A stretch of DNA of 64,000 nucleotides from assembly GCA_964016885.1 (NCBI GenBank), contig OZ024745.1, positions 77,376,001 through 77,440,000 of the forward strand. Direction: 5' to 3'. The DNA comes from Eledone cirrhosa. Lineage: Eukaryota. A program made the position numbers and the translations under genes. Below, in pieces: positions 38,360 to 49,400 of this stretch (position 1 is the stretch's first letter; each line of letters begins with the position of its first letter). Below the pieces are notes generated by a model that searched no databases, was not told where the DNA came from, and saw nothing but the letters and a program-made list of their open reading frames with translations.

Positions 38360-38935
38360 ATCCCTTTTGAAGTAGATTCCTTGTGCATCCATTCACTTAG
38401 CTCAGAGATCCTCTCCACTGTTTGAAACATGTCTGGAATGCTTCTTCTAGAATGGATCTAAGCTTTGCCATCACAGTTTACCTGATGTCCTTTCAAAGTG
38501 AAAGACTTTCAGTGGTGTCTTCATTTTTAAGAACAGCCAGAAGTCAGAAGCCATATCGGGAGTGTAGGGAACCTCATGAATGAGTGAAATGCCTTTCTTT
38601 GCCAAAAAACTTTGGATCAACTGGAGTGAATGACCTGGGTTATTGTTGTGATGCAGCTGCCCGTTTTCTGAAGCCTACTTACCCAGTCTTTTGTGCCAAA
38701 TTGCATCACTAAGACATCAGTGAACTTCTTGATAGTACTCCTTTGCAATTATTTGTCCTCCTGGTGCAAATTTATGATGCACAATGTCTCAGTAGTAAAA
38801 GGAAAAAAAAGTAGCATCACCTTAACTTTGTTCCACACTTGACATGTTGTTGGGGCTTTTGTGATGTTGAATGCTTTCACTGCGAAGTCTGAACTTTGGT
38901 TTTCATGTCATACCTTTACTCATCTCCTGTTATCA
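38360..38935 (-). mobile_element. Degraded mariner transposase
   Basis: Minus-strand translation QLHHNNNPGHSLQLIQSFLAKKGISLIHEVPYTPDMASDFWL corresponds to the mariner HDNAPAH...PYSPDLAP.DFWLF motif. Confidence 0.8.
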
Positions 38936-39440
38936 TAGTATTTAGGAACTCAGTATTGTGTGAAATGAAAATGTGATGAATACATAGTACAGTACCTCAT
39001 ATGCTGGCTGCCTTATAGAGATTGGCACTTCCAGAGAGCTAGCCAAAAAACACACAGTTGTATGAATGTATGTGGCTTCACTTTGCACATTTTTATCCCA
39101 AAGTCATTACTTTCAAAAAAAAAAAAAATTTGGATACTTTCCAACAATAGTTTTGGGATACATTTCCAACAATGATTTTTTAAATATTGTACTTGTTGAC
39201 ACAAATAAGTGCTTGTAGTGGATCTGGACACTAAATTTAGTAATTGTTATCCAATAATGAGAACATTATTTATATCAAACATTTAGGTTGTTAAAGAGTA
39301 TCCATCCAAGGTTATTATCGTAGAATATTGACAATTTGTACTTTTGTATAGATATATTTATTTTGTTTATCTGAATATGTATTAATCAAAAGATATTGTT
39401 TTGGATAATCTGCTTATTGTTATTTTCTTATTTTCTGCAG

Positions 39441-39575
39441 ATTTTAGATCCTATATGTCACCAGTTGTTTGAATTCTTTCGCTCTAAAGAATTAGAACTG
39501 CAACGCTTCACTTTTGAATTTATTCCTACATTGACATGGCTGTATTTGTCAATGGTGACTAGCAACGAGAAAAAG
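39441..39575 (+). CDS. FAM126: Hyccin/FAM126, third coding exon
   Basis: ttttctgcag| acceptor; 135 nt encoding ILDPICHQLFEFFRSKELELQRFTFEFIPTLTWLYLSMVTSNEKK; AAG|gtatgt donor. Matches the hyccin motif LLEPVCHQLFEFYRS...FTLQFLPELIWCYL. Confidence 0.93.
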
Positions 39576-40129
39576 GTATGTATGATGATTAACTAAAAAA
39601 AAAAAAAATGTTTCTTTAACTCACTATTTATTACCCTTGTGTAAATTGGTATTGTTTTTATCTCCTGTATAAGGATGACACATTAATTCTTCATTTGTAT
39701 AAGTCATTTATTTAAATATTTATACATTGAATTTGGAATTATCTGCTTGTGTGTATGGGTTGTAAAGTATAAACACCCTTTAGAGACTGTTTCTTTTGTG
39801 AAGGTGTATAAAACTTTAGTGTTTGTTTTTATGTTTTCTACAGCCCACGTTTCCTTTATAACCCTCTCATTTTCATGAGAATATTTTATATCCAGTATTT
39901 ATAAGTAGCATTTTTATTTGGCTCCTTTCTTTTTCAGTTATTTGTTTATTCAATTCATTTGAGACAATTATTTTTAATCTATTGATAGTTTTCCTATCTC
40001 TTTGGAGATCATATTTTGCTTGCATACAGAACCTTGTAGAAATGCAGGTTGCAAATTTGACATGCTTCTAGGGGTGTGGTGAATTACATGTTTGCTTCAA
40101 TTAGATATATTATTAATTCTACAATGTAA

Positions 40130-40880
40130 TGGTCAAAGAAGTTTGCAATAGTCACATATTGTGGTTGATCACATTATTCGAGAAATGTGTGATATGCACT
40201 GGGTCAGTGCATCAAACATGTAGTGGTGTGAAGGGATTATTAAATAATGTGGCTGCTATAAAATGTGTATGGAAGGAGCTACAGATGGAGAGGATGTTGA
40301 ACTGGATCTTGGGAATAGTACAAGATAGGTCTGAAATATTTTGTTACCTTGGAAACGCATTGAATTGAATGGAGAAGGTGTATCAGACTCTGAGAGAGTA
40401 TCTAAACTGAGATTGTATATGAAATAAGTTTTAAGAACTGAATGGTGTGCTAATGAGGAAAGGAGTGTCACTGTGAGTGAAGAGAAAGGTGTTTCTGTAT
40501 GTGTAAGAAGTGCCATGATTTATGGGAGTAAGATATGGGTGATGGATGTGGAGCAACAGAGGAAGCTGGAAAGAACAGAAAGCAGAATGGTCTGGTAGAT
40601 GAGTGGAGTATCATTTATAGCAAAAAAGACGAGCAGTGAATTGCTAAGGAGGATGGGAATAAAGCCAAGGATGAATGTTGTAAAGCAAAATGGAATGATA
40701 CAATTAGCTTATGTGTTGTGGAAGGAAGGAGAAAGGGAAGACCAAGAAAGACATAGCTTAAAATGATGGAGGAAGAAATGAAGGGGATGCAGAGGACAGG
40801 GGAAAATGGTGAAGGTTGTTGTGGAGCTCACAGGGCAAGCTCCTGCTTTAGCATGGAAAACGACCTTAAAATGTTTGTTG
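40130..40880 (+). mobile_element. Old degraded RTE-clade 3' fragment
   Basis: Remnants resembling CYLG, VRSAMIYGS.IW and RKLERTESRMVW. Confidence 0.55.
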
Positions 40881-40988
40881 TGCATTGGAGAAGTTTGTCA
40901 GAAAGTTTCCCTTCAATTCCCCTCATGCACACACCTATTCACCTCCACTCTAGCATCTCTAGCATAATTGTATGTGTGTACATACAAT

Positions 40989-41019
<31 letters not shown>

Positions 41020-41021
<2 letters not shown>

Positions 41022-41360
41022 TAAGAAATAAACCAAAGAAGCCTTCAATACATCAAAAGTCTTTATTAGCCAACAATGTTTCGTCCTATTAAGGACTCAT
41101 CAGGGCAAGTAAAGCTATAAGAAGCACTATCGGCCAATACAAGCCAAAAACCCAGAAGAATATGGAGTATACATACATTAAAGCATAGGAAAATTAAACA
41201 TTGTTGGCTAATAAAGACTTTTGATGTATTGAAGGCTTCTTTGGTTTATTTCTTAATTCTTCGGCTCTGTTTAATTACATTGAGCTATACCTTTACTGTC
41301 ATTTCTATAATATGAAGAGGGTGTTTAACTCCAACACACTCTAGTATTTTAATTCTTATA
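41020..41360. mobile_element. Short fold-back element (62-bp arms, spacer, ~100-bp tail) in (TA)n
   Basis: 41020-41081 is the reverse complement of 41196-41257; a complete hammerhead overlaps the left arm. Confidence 0.75.
41069..41106 (-). ncRNA. Canonical minimal type I hammerhead ribozyme motif
   Basis: GCC-CTGATGA-GTCCT taat AGGAC-GAAA-CATTG-TT-GGC; all core nucleotides intact; predicted GUU cleavage triplet. Confidence 0.82.
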
Positions 41361-41556
41361 TATATATATATTTAAAATATTAAATGCAATGAAGGCCATA
41401 TGCAGTTGTGTGTAAGTTTATTCATATATCCATGATATATATTTTGTTGGGGGTCAATGCGTAGGTAGTTCTCTTCCTACCCAATCTCTTGACACAACCT
41501 TGTCAGATGGTATAACTTATTTAAACAAACAACTTCAAAGTTTTTATGATATACAT

Positions 41557-41640
<84 letters not shown>

Positions 41641-42220
41641 GTAATCTGAGGGTTTCAAAAATCAATAATAATAATCGATTTGTTTGCAATTATGCAAACA
41701 ACCTCTTTTATAAGCCATGTCAGTAGAATGAGCCCTTCATTCTCACTCTTGTGTTGGCATGCAAACAGATATCATCATCATCATTTTACGTCCGTTCTTT
41801 TATGCTAACATAGGTTAGACGGGTTATCCTGTTGTGGGCAGTGTCCGGTCGGCTGACCATGCCTTGCTCATACGGGAACTGATTCTGGCTTGATTTCTAC
41901 AGCTGGATGCCCTTCCTAACACCAACCTCATTTACAGTGAGTGCTGGGTGCTTTTTTTCCGTGGCGCCTACATGTCCACTTTACAGTGTGGGCTGGGTGC
42001 TTTTTTGCTGTGGCACCTCCACGACTACTTTGCAGTGGGAGGGTGTGGGGGTATATTGTCTATATGCTTCAGCTTCGGCTTGTAACCGTGGGGGGTCGGG
42101 TCTTCTGTATTACTGCATGAAGCCAGAGGTTACGGTCGTTTGTCATCACCTTTGAGAGGTGTAATTGGGTAAGGTTGGCTTTTATCACCTCATCCCAGGT
42201 CTTGGGTCTTCCCACTCCGC

Positions 42221-42260
<40 letters not shown>

Positions 42261-43047
42261 ACCATGTGTAACCGGTTTAGAATAGGTACACTGTGTCTCT
42301 GGTGTGTGTCAAAAAAGCAACTAAAATGGCCAGTGTCAGTAAGGGCATCTGGCTGTAAAATATTGCCTCAAAAAGTCCTGTCCAACCTATACCAACATGG
42401 AAAAGTGGATGTAAAAATGACAATGATGAAACAATGATATATATCAATCGACTCTCGTCAAATCGGACCGAGGAAACAATGTTTCCGTTGGTCTTTCCTG
42501 TTGCTAGTACTATCTATCGGTCGCAACTCCAGGTAGAAGGAGCAACGTGAAATAAAGTGTCTTGCTCAAGGACATAATGCATCGCCCGGTCCAGGAATCG
42601 AACTCACAACCTCAAGATTGTGAATCCAATTCTCTAACCACTCAGCCACACGCCTTCACAATGATATACACACACACACACACACATGCATATAAACTAG
42701 CAGAAATCCCCAGTGATGACTGGGTATTGAATGAAAGTAACATAAAACAGTAGATTAGGATTTGAGGAAAATTATGCTGCTATTTCTGTCAGGCCTTGCT
42801 TATACATAATGGCTCTCTCACTAGCTCATATATGTATGTGGATATTTACATATATCAAACAATAAGTGTTGCTTTGAAAGACATTTAGCTGCTATTTCGA
42901 TCAGATCTAGTTACAGTGTAGATGTTTTTGTCATTTGATCATATATATATATATTCATACATAAGGCAGTAGAATATCATTTAAGGGAGATTTGGCTGGT
43001 GTTTCTCTCATGTCAAGATACTATGTAGAGGTTCTCTTGTTGGTAAA

Positions 43048-43379
43048 TACATTCTTTCGGGTCCCAAATAATAGGGAGGTTGTAATAAGCGGTTTGGACA
43101 TTTGCTTAAATTCTTATAAGTGGATAGGTTGTAATAAAAGGGGGTGGGGGATCGGTAATTGTATAATGTACGTTCATAAATATAGGATTTTTTTTTTTTG
43201 TAAAATAATTATTATTAGATTCTCTAGCTGCTGTATCAATATGAATGACTTACAATAAAATTTCGCTAGAGATAGATTAGCAAAATTTAATAAGCTTGGG
43301 GGGTAAAGCGGGGTGGTTGGGAAAAATCTGAAAAATGAGTAAGCGGGGGTGGGGGATGATTATTCAAGACCTGAGAGTA
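43048..43379. mobile_element. Possible Tc1/mariner-type MITE
   Basis: Imperfect inverted ends TTCTTTCGGGTCCCAAATAAT ... ATTATTCAAGACCTGAGAGTA; internal repeated TAATAAGCGG motifs. Confidence 0.4.
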
Positions 43380-43993
43380 CATATATACATAGATAAGATG
43401 GTTCGATTTCAAAAGTAAATAAGAACAAAGAAAAGGGAGATAATGCTTAAATTATTTCCACAGGTTTATGAAAATGTTGAAGAATTGAAACACATTGCTG
43501 CTTTGTATACATGTAATTAAATGTTATACAGATATTTAGTGTGAGATGGCATATAATTTTATATCATCATTATCATTTTAACATCCACTTTCCATACTAG
43601 CAATGGTTGGGCAGGTCAACATAGACCACATCAGTGCTGAAGCAGGGCCACTGATCTCCCAGACAAGCCAGGGATTTGCATCTTGCTTATGTACAGTTTC
43701 ACATTCTACTTGAGTGCACAGGAGAGGTTGTCACATCTTTGACACAACTGATGGTCCTCCCAACCCTTTGTTTGGCAAGATTTCTATGGCTGGATGCCCC
43801 TCCTATCAACATCTACTTTACAGCATGTACTGGGTTAGGGTTAGGGTATATATGCTGTATATAAAGTCTTATCTTTTCTGTTAACCTACCTACAATCCCA
43901 CTACATCTCTTATACATCCATAATTTACATTGTGTACACCTCATGGAATGTTTTCCCACATTGGCCTAACGGAAACTGATAAATAGGAGTGGA

Positions 43994-44081
43994 CTCCTTG
44001 TTCAGTTCTATGCCATCTTGTTTTTGTGAGCTATGTACTTGGACTGCACATGCATTATATCCAGATTTATGTGTTAGTGTG

Positions 44082-44113
<32 letters not shown>

Positions 44114-44420
44114 AATATATTCATTTGTTTATTTATTTAATTTCTCTCTTTCCTACTTGTCACTAGTTGGTTACTTGTTCTATCTGTATGTGCCTGGTTT
44201 GTTTTATTAATTTAGTTCTTGTGTGTCTCTGCATATCTTTGTCTCCTCTTTAGTTGCTATTCCACTTATATTTTCTGTTTAGTTTTGGTTGGAGTACATT
44301 TATGTTTGTCCTTTCTGTAATCTGTCAGAGCATTTCCTCTGTTTTGAGTGTGGATATAATTTTTATCTCGTTCATTAGTGTGTCCTCATGTTCCATTCTT
44401 CTCTAATTCTGCCATCATAT
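43994..44420 (-). mobile_element. Diverged Penelope-like copy (GIY-YIG tail and 3' UTR) nested in an RTE relic
   Basis: Minus strand of 44250-44400 reads RMEHEDTLMNEIKIISTLKTEEML*QITERTNINVLQPKLNRKYKWNSN*, homologous to 35770-35925; the UTR part resembles 35303-35490. Confidence 0.8.
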
Positions 44421-44424
44421 TAAA

Positions 44425-45690
44425 GTCTTTTGTTATAGCTTGCAGGACAATAATAAACAGCAGTGGGCTAAGAACAGACCCTTAATAGACCCCCACTTCC
44501 ACCATAAATTTATCACCATAATCATTGTTAATTCTAACCTTGCTGACTGTTCCTCTATACATGGCTTGTACTGGTCTCACAAGCCCATCTACTAGTTTTC
44601 TAAGAGCCCACCAGGTAATGGATTGGGGGACTCTGTCAAAAGTCTCTCTGACATCATCGCAATTTTCAATCACTCACTGCCTCACAATCCTGAACACTTC
44701 ACATCTTTGATCCTCGTGTGACAAAACATGCTTAAATTTTATATTTTTGGCTTCCTTCCTTGCAAAGTATATTTTTCGCCTAGCTTCTCCCCTAGATTCC
44801 TGGTAATGTTCTAGCTTCCCCCATTCTGCCATGCCTGTTTTTGGTCTTAATTGCCCCATCCACCCTACTATTCCACCACTAAGTTACTCTCCTTCTCCCT
44901 GGAGCCCTGCTCTAGCCACAGGCCACAGATCTTGTCTGTTGCTTTCAGCAGATTTTCTCTTAGGAATTCCCACTGTCCTTTCATATTATAAATCTGTATT
45001 CTTCTTTCTTACTGTCAAATGCATCAAGCAAGACACCTTTAAATTTGAGGGCTCTCTCAGCTTCCATATCCTTCTCCTCCAGGTAAGCTGTCTGTTTCCA
45101 AGTTGTCTGTATCTAACTAAGGTTGCTAACTACTAGGTTATGTTGGGAGGTATTTTCCTCACCAGGAAGAGACTTTGTTTTTCAACCATCACTCTATATC
45201 GTCTTCTGCTGATGTGCTCACTTGATTTATAAGTGATCAAATGGTTGACTGGTTTTCTGAAATTGTATTACAGATAGTTAGATCATTGGAATCACAATAT
45301 TCCAGGAGACTTGATCATTCTTTGTTTCTTGTGCCAAAGCCAAAGCCTTCATTGACCCCATAGAAGCCATCACAGGGTTTTCAATGATGCCCTACACTGT
45401 CTACCCATTTTCCTACTAATAGAATACCTACTCCACTCAGCATGCAGTCGTTACTCAACCAAAATAATTTGTAGCATCGCTCTTTGTCTATAAAAAGTCT
45501 AGCAGATGCTCCTCTCCATCTAGTCTCTTGCATGCAACACATTCTTTTTCGCTCTAACATCTCTACAATATTTTGTAAGCAACACGCAGGCTACTAGCCC
45601 ATCTGAGAGATCAGTAACTCTGCTTGAGTAGTGATTTGGTCTGTGACAATCCATTCAAACCTTGCTAGCAGGGAGAACAGATGTTAAATG
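44425..45690 (-). mobile_element. Degraded RTE LINE, endonuclease and early RT region
   Basis: FDRVPQSITWWALRKL, KFKHVLSHEDQRCEVFRI and a CMQETRWRG endonuclease motif near 45510-45540. Confidence 0.78.
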
Positions 45691-45916
45691 ATGATTTCAT
45701 ATATATATATATAATGGTTTGTCTTATTTTGTTTACATTCATCATTTTCAATTGTTTTTCTTAACTCGGACCTTTTTTGTTTCTCCTTTGTCATCCTGTC
45801 TCTATTTTGTACTCCTAAAGAAGGACTTAAGGCCGGCACATCGAAATTTCTTTCCTCTTTCCAATATAAAGCATGAAACTAATAAGACTTTTTGTAACTC
45901 TGTTGTCTTCTTGAAC

Positions 45917-45969
<53 letters not shown>

Positions 45970-46389
45970 ATGTGTGTGTGTGTGTATAACTAAAAGGCTT
46001 ATAAGTTAAACACTTCTGTATAAATCACATTTTATAGGAAAAATAATGATAAAGGGTTAAAAATGTACCTAATGTTTTTTTAAAAATTTATATACATGCA
46101 AATTTACAGTATTACATATTGTAAATTTGCATATTAATTTAAAAAAAAATTAAGTGCATCTTCAACCCTTTATTGTTATTTTTCCTTGTCACTCTGGAGT
46201 TTCTGCTGTGAGTACACAGGAAAAACTCAAGACTCAAGCTTGGCCTCAATAGAAAATATATTAATCTCTACTTTGGTATTGAATACTTATTCTTGAAACT
46301 ATCAACACTAAGTAAATACATATGTGTGTATATAAAACAAATTTAATATAGAAATAGCTTCTACAGGACTAGAACTGTTTCATTTGAAA

Positions 46390-46441
46390 GGCTTTTCTGA
46401 TGATTTCCTTCGAATGAAACAGTTCTAGTCCTGTAGAAGCC
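46390..46441 (+). ncRNA. Type I hammerhead ribozyme-like motif inside fold-back 46331-46466
   Basis: GGCTTTT-CTGATGA-TTTC cttc GAAT-GAAA-CAG ttctagtc CTG-TA-GAAGCC; stem II is weak. Confidence 0.6.
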
Positions 46442-49400
46442 ATTTCTATATTAAATTTGTTTTATACGCTCTACTAATGTATTGAGTACCTTACTTACTG
46501 AGGCTGACCACGATTGAACCCAGGACTCACACACACACGCATGCACCTCCACACACACATACGCATTCACATATACATACAAATAAATCTGCTTGTAAAT
46601 AGCAATATATTTTATTGTCATGCCTTAGTAATGCAAGCAACTATCCTTTACTAGACAGCTGGATGTATTGTATCATTTGAGCTGTAACTGCTTTGCCAAT
46701 TTTAGTATAAGATCAATTGAACACATTTGATGTTTTACTTCATCCATGTATTAAATATTTTGCAATGGTGATGCTGATCTATTACTGTTATAATACAGGA
46801 GTTTATGACGTGTTAACAAATCTATTGATATATTAGGAAAAACATGTTAAATGTGAATAAGGTGGTTATGGTGCCAGTGGCAAAGTAGAAGCTTTTCATA
46901 AGCTATAATTACATAGTTGCGTTTTAATCATCTGTAATCAGATTTAATGAGAATTAGTTTCACTGTTGACCTATCACTACCCATAATGTTCACTTAATCC
47001 AAAAGTGAACATTGATCAAATAACTGTTATTAGTTCACTTATGTAAACATTGACCTCTCTTAGCTGCTTAAATTATTTATTTGTTGTTGACTTCAGTGTA
47101 TCTGACCTCTCAAGCCTTCTGTCTTTTTAAAAAACTAAGTTTTAATCTTTTATTTTGTGTATTCAAATGTTAGAAAAGTATATAATGAGCTTATTTGCTA
47201 TCATCACATTTTAAATCAGCCTTGAGGAACAAGAGTTTAGATTTATTTATTTTTATTTATTCTTTTACCCTAGTTCCTAATTTTTCATTTTACTTTTTAC
47301 TTGGATTTTCATCTTTGCTTTTAAAATTTAGTTTGAAAGGTCTGATTAACAAAGTTAAAATGTTTTGTAAACTGAAATAATAGGTAGTATGCTGTTAATG
47401 GAATTGAATTGGATTGAAGAACATTTAAAAAATGAAATAAATTGCACTCTCTTTGTAGTTATAATATTTTGGCTTCAGTCTTTGATCTGTATACTATTTG
47501 CATGTTATTTTTGTAAAAACTGTTTGTAGCATTGTTTGTGGTTGTTGTTAAATAATAATAAATCAGAATCACTGTTAGTGCAATAAATAAGGCAAAGTCT
47601 CAGAACCATAGATATCATAGCACTATTTTTTATGCCTGAAATGAACAGATTAATGCTTTTACCTTTTGGTATTTACATTACTCTATATTTATTATTATAT
47701 TTTCACAGTAAAGGCTTTACCTCACACCATTATCTCACATAATATCGAATCTATGTGATTTTGATATTATTTATTTTGAGAACAATACCTTAACATCAGT
47801 ATGAGTGACTGGTTATAGCTAGTTTAAACAGAAAGAGGTGAGAGAATTCTGGCTGGATACGGTCAGTTTAAATGCTAAAGAGTTAAACACCAACCTACCC
47901 AAAACTGCCTCAAAGTGTTCAAATTCAAATTTGAATTTTGGACTGAAATTTCATTCTTACATGGCAGGGAATGTTAGATTTCAGTTGTTAAATATTTGTT
48001 ATTAATTGAAAGTTATTTCACTAAACCTCTCATTATTTGAAAATTAAAACAAAAAGGTAGTATATTCCCGTTAGAAATATGGTCTTGAGAGGGTTAACCA
48101 GTGTTTTTAAATTGTCATATCTAGCAACTAGTGGATTACAGCCAGCCTATAGAAAACTAGAAATTTATTTTACACACGTGAAAGTAATTTTTGCTTTCAA
48201 GTGGGATGTCATAAATGTATATTTGCTTATAGCTATGATATTCATATAGACCAAGTAGTAACTTAACCAATCCACTCTATATAGTCAATCATTTGCATCC
48301 TGTGTGTGCGTGTGTGTATGTCAGTGAGTACTGTGAAATTCCTCATCATCATCAATTGTTTAACGTCTATCTTCCACACTAGCATGGGTTAGACGGGTTT
48401 GTCCCATACACATGCACACATGTATTTCATGACTCGTACACTGTTCATTTTCCTGACATTTGAACATTATACTATACATGCACCTTTGATGAGTTGTAGT
48501 GCACCTGAGCACTGTACACAATAATTTCATTATTATTATTATTTAGAGGTAAGTGTTGGGCCAGGTGACTGTGTCTTGCTCATATAGGAGTGTTTCTGGC
48601 TAGTTTTCTATGGCTGGATGCCCTTCCTAATGCCAACCACATTGACAGTGTGTGCTGGGTGCTTTTTGCTGTGTCTTTTACATGTCCACTTAACAGTGTA
48701 GGCTGGGTGCTTTTTGTCATGACACCTACACGATCACTTAACAGTGTGGGCTGGATGTTTTGTTGTACCAGCATAATATACATATTTATTCATCATTAGT
48801 TGTTCATAAATAAGTGAAATATCATTGTTTGTGTGATTACCATAACAATAATGTTGAAAACAGTATTTGAAAATTTCCATTGTATCATTTGCTATATCAT
48901 GATATAAACTCAAATTACTGAACAAATCAATGTGGGTGGGAATATATTTAATTTTGAAAAGTTACCACAGAGTATAAACAAGCTAAAAAAGTTTAAGATC
49001 CCCTGTTCAAATATATATTTTGTAGTTTGCTTCAAGTTTTAGTAGAGCACAATGGTGAAAACGACATAAAATAAAATAAAAAAAAAAATCAAGTTTTTCA
49101 CTTTTGGGGCTTAAATAATTGTGAAATGAAATACTTAAAATCTTTAATTCACAGTGTATTTTTCTATTTTTTCCATGTTTTATAGCCTTCATCACTCTTC
49201 TTTTCTCATGTAACATTCTAAGTTCTTATTTAAATTTTCAAGTTCTTTCTTGAAGTGTCTCAATCGTATCTGCTATCATCTTAATTAGCTTTGAGGTTAG
49301 CTGCATATTTATGGTTTTCAAGTTTTATTTTAAAGCTGTTAAACATTTGGTTTCCCACATAAAGGGATGAGCCTCTAGTCCAAGGCTACAGTGTTTGATA

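Noticed and set aside
45805-45865. CTAAAGA...CGAAA hammerhead-like remnant between TA tracts
   Set aside because: Core is mutated and the stems cannot be drawn convincingly.
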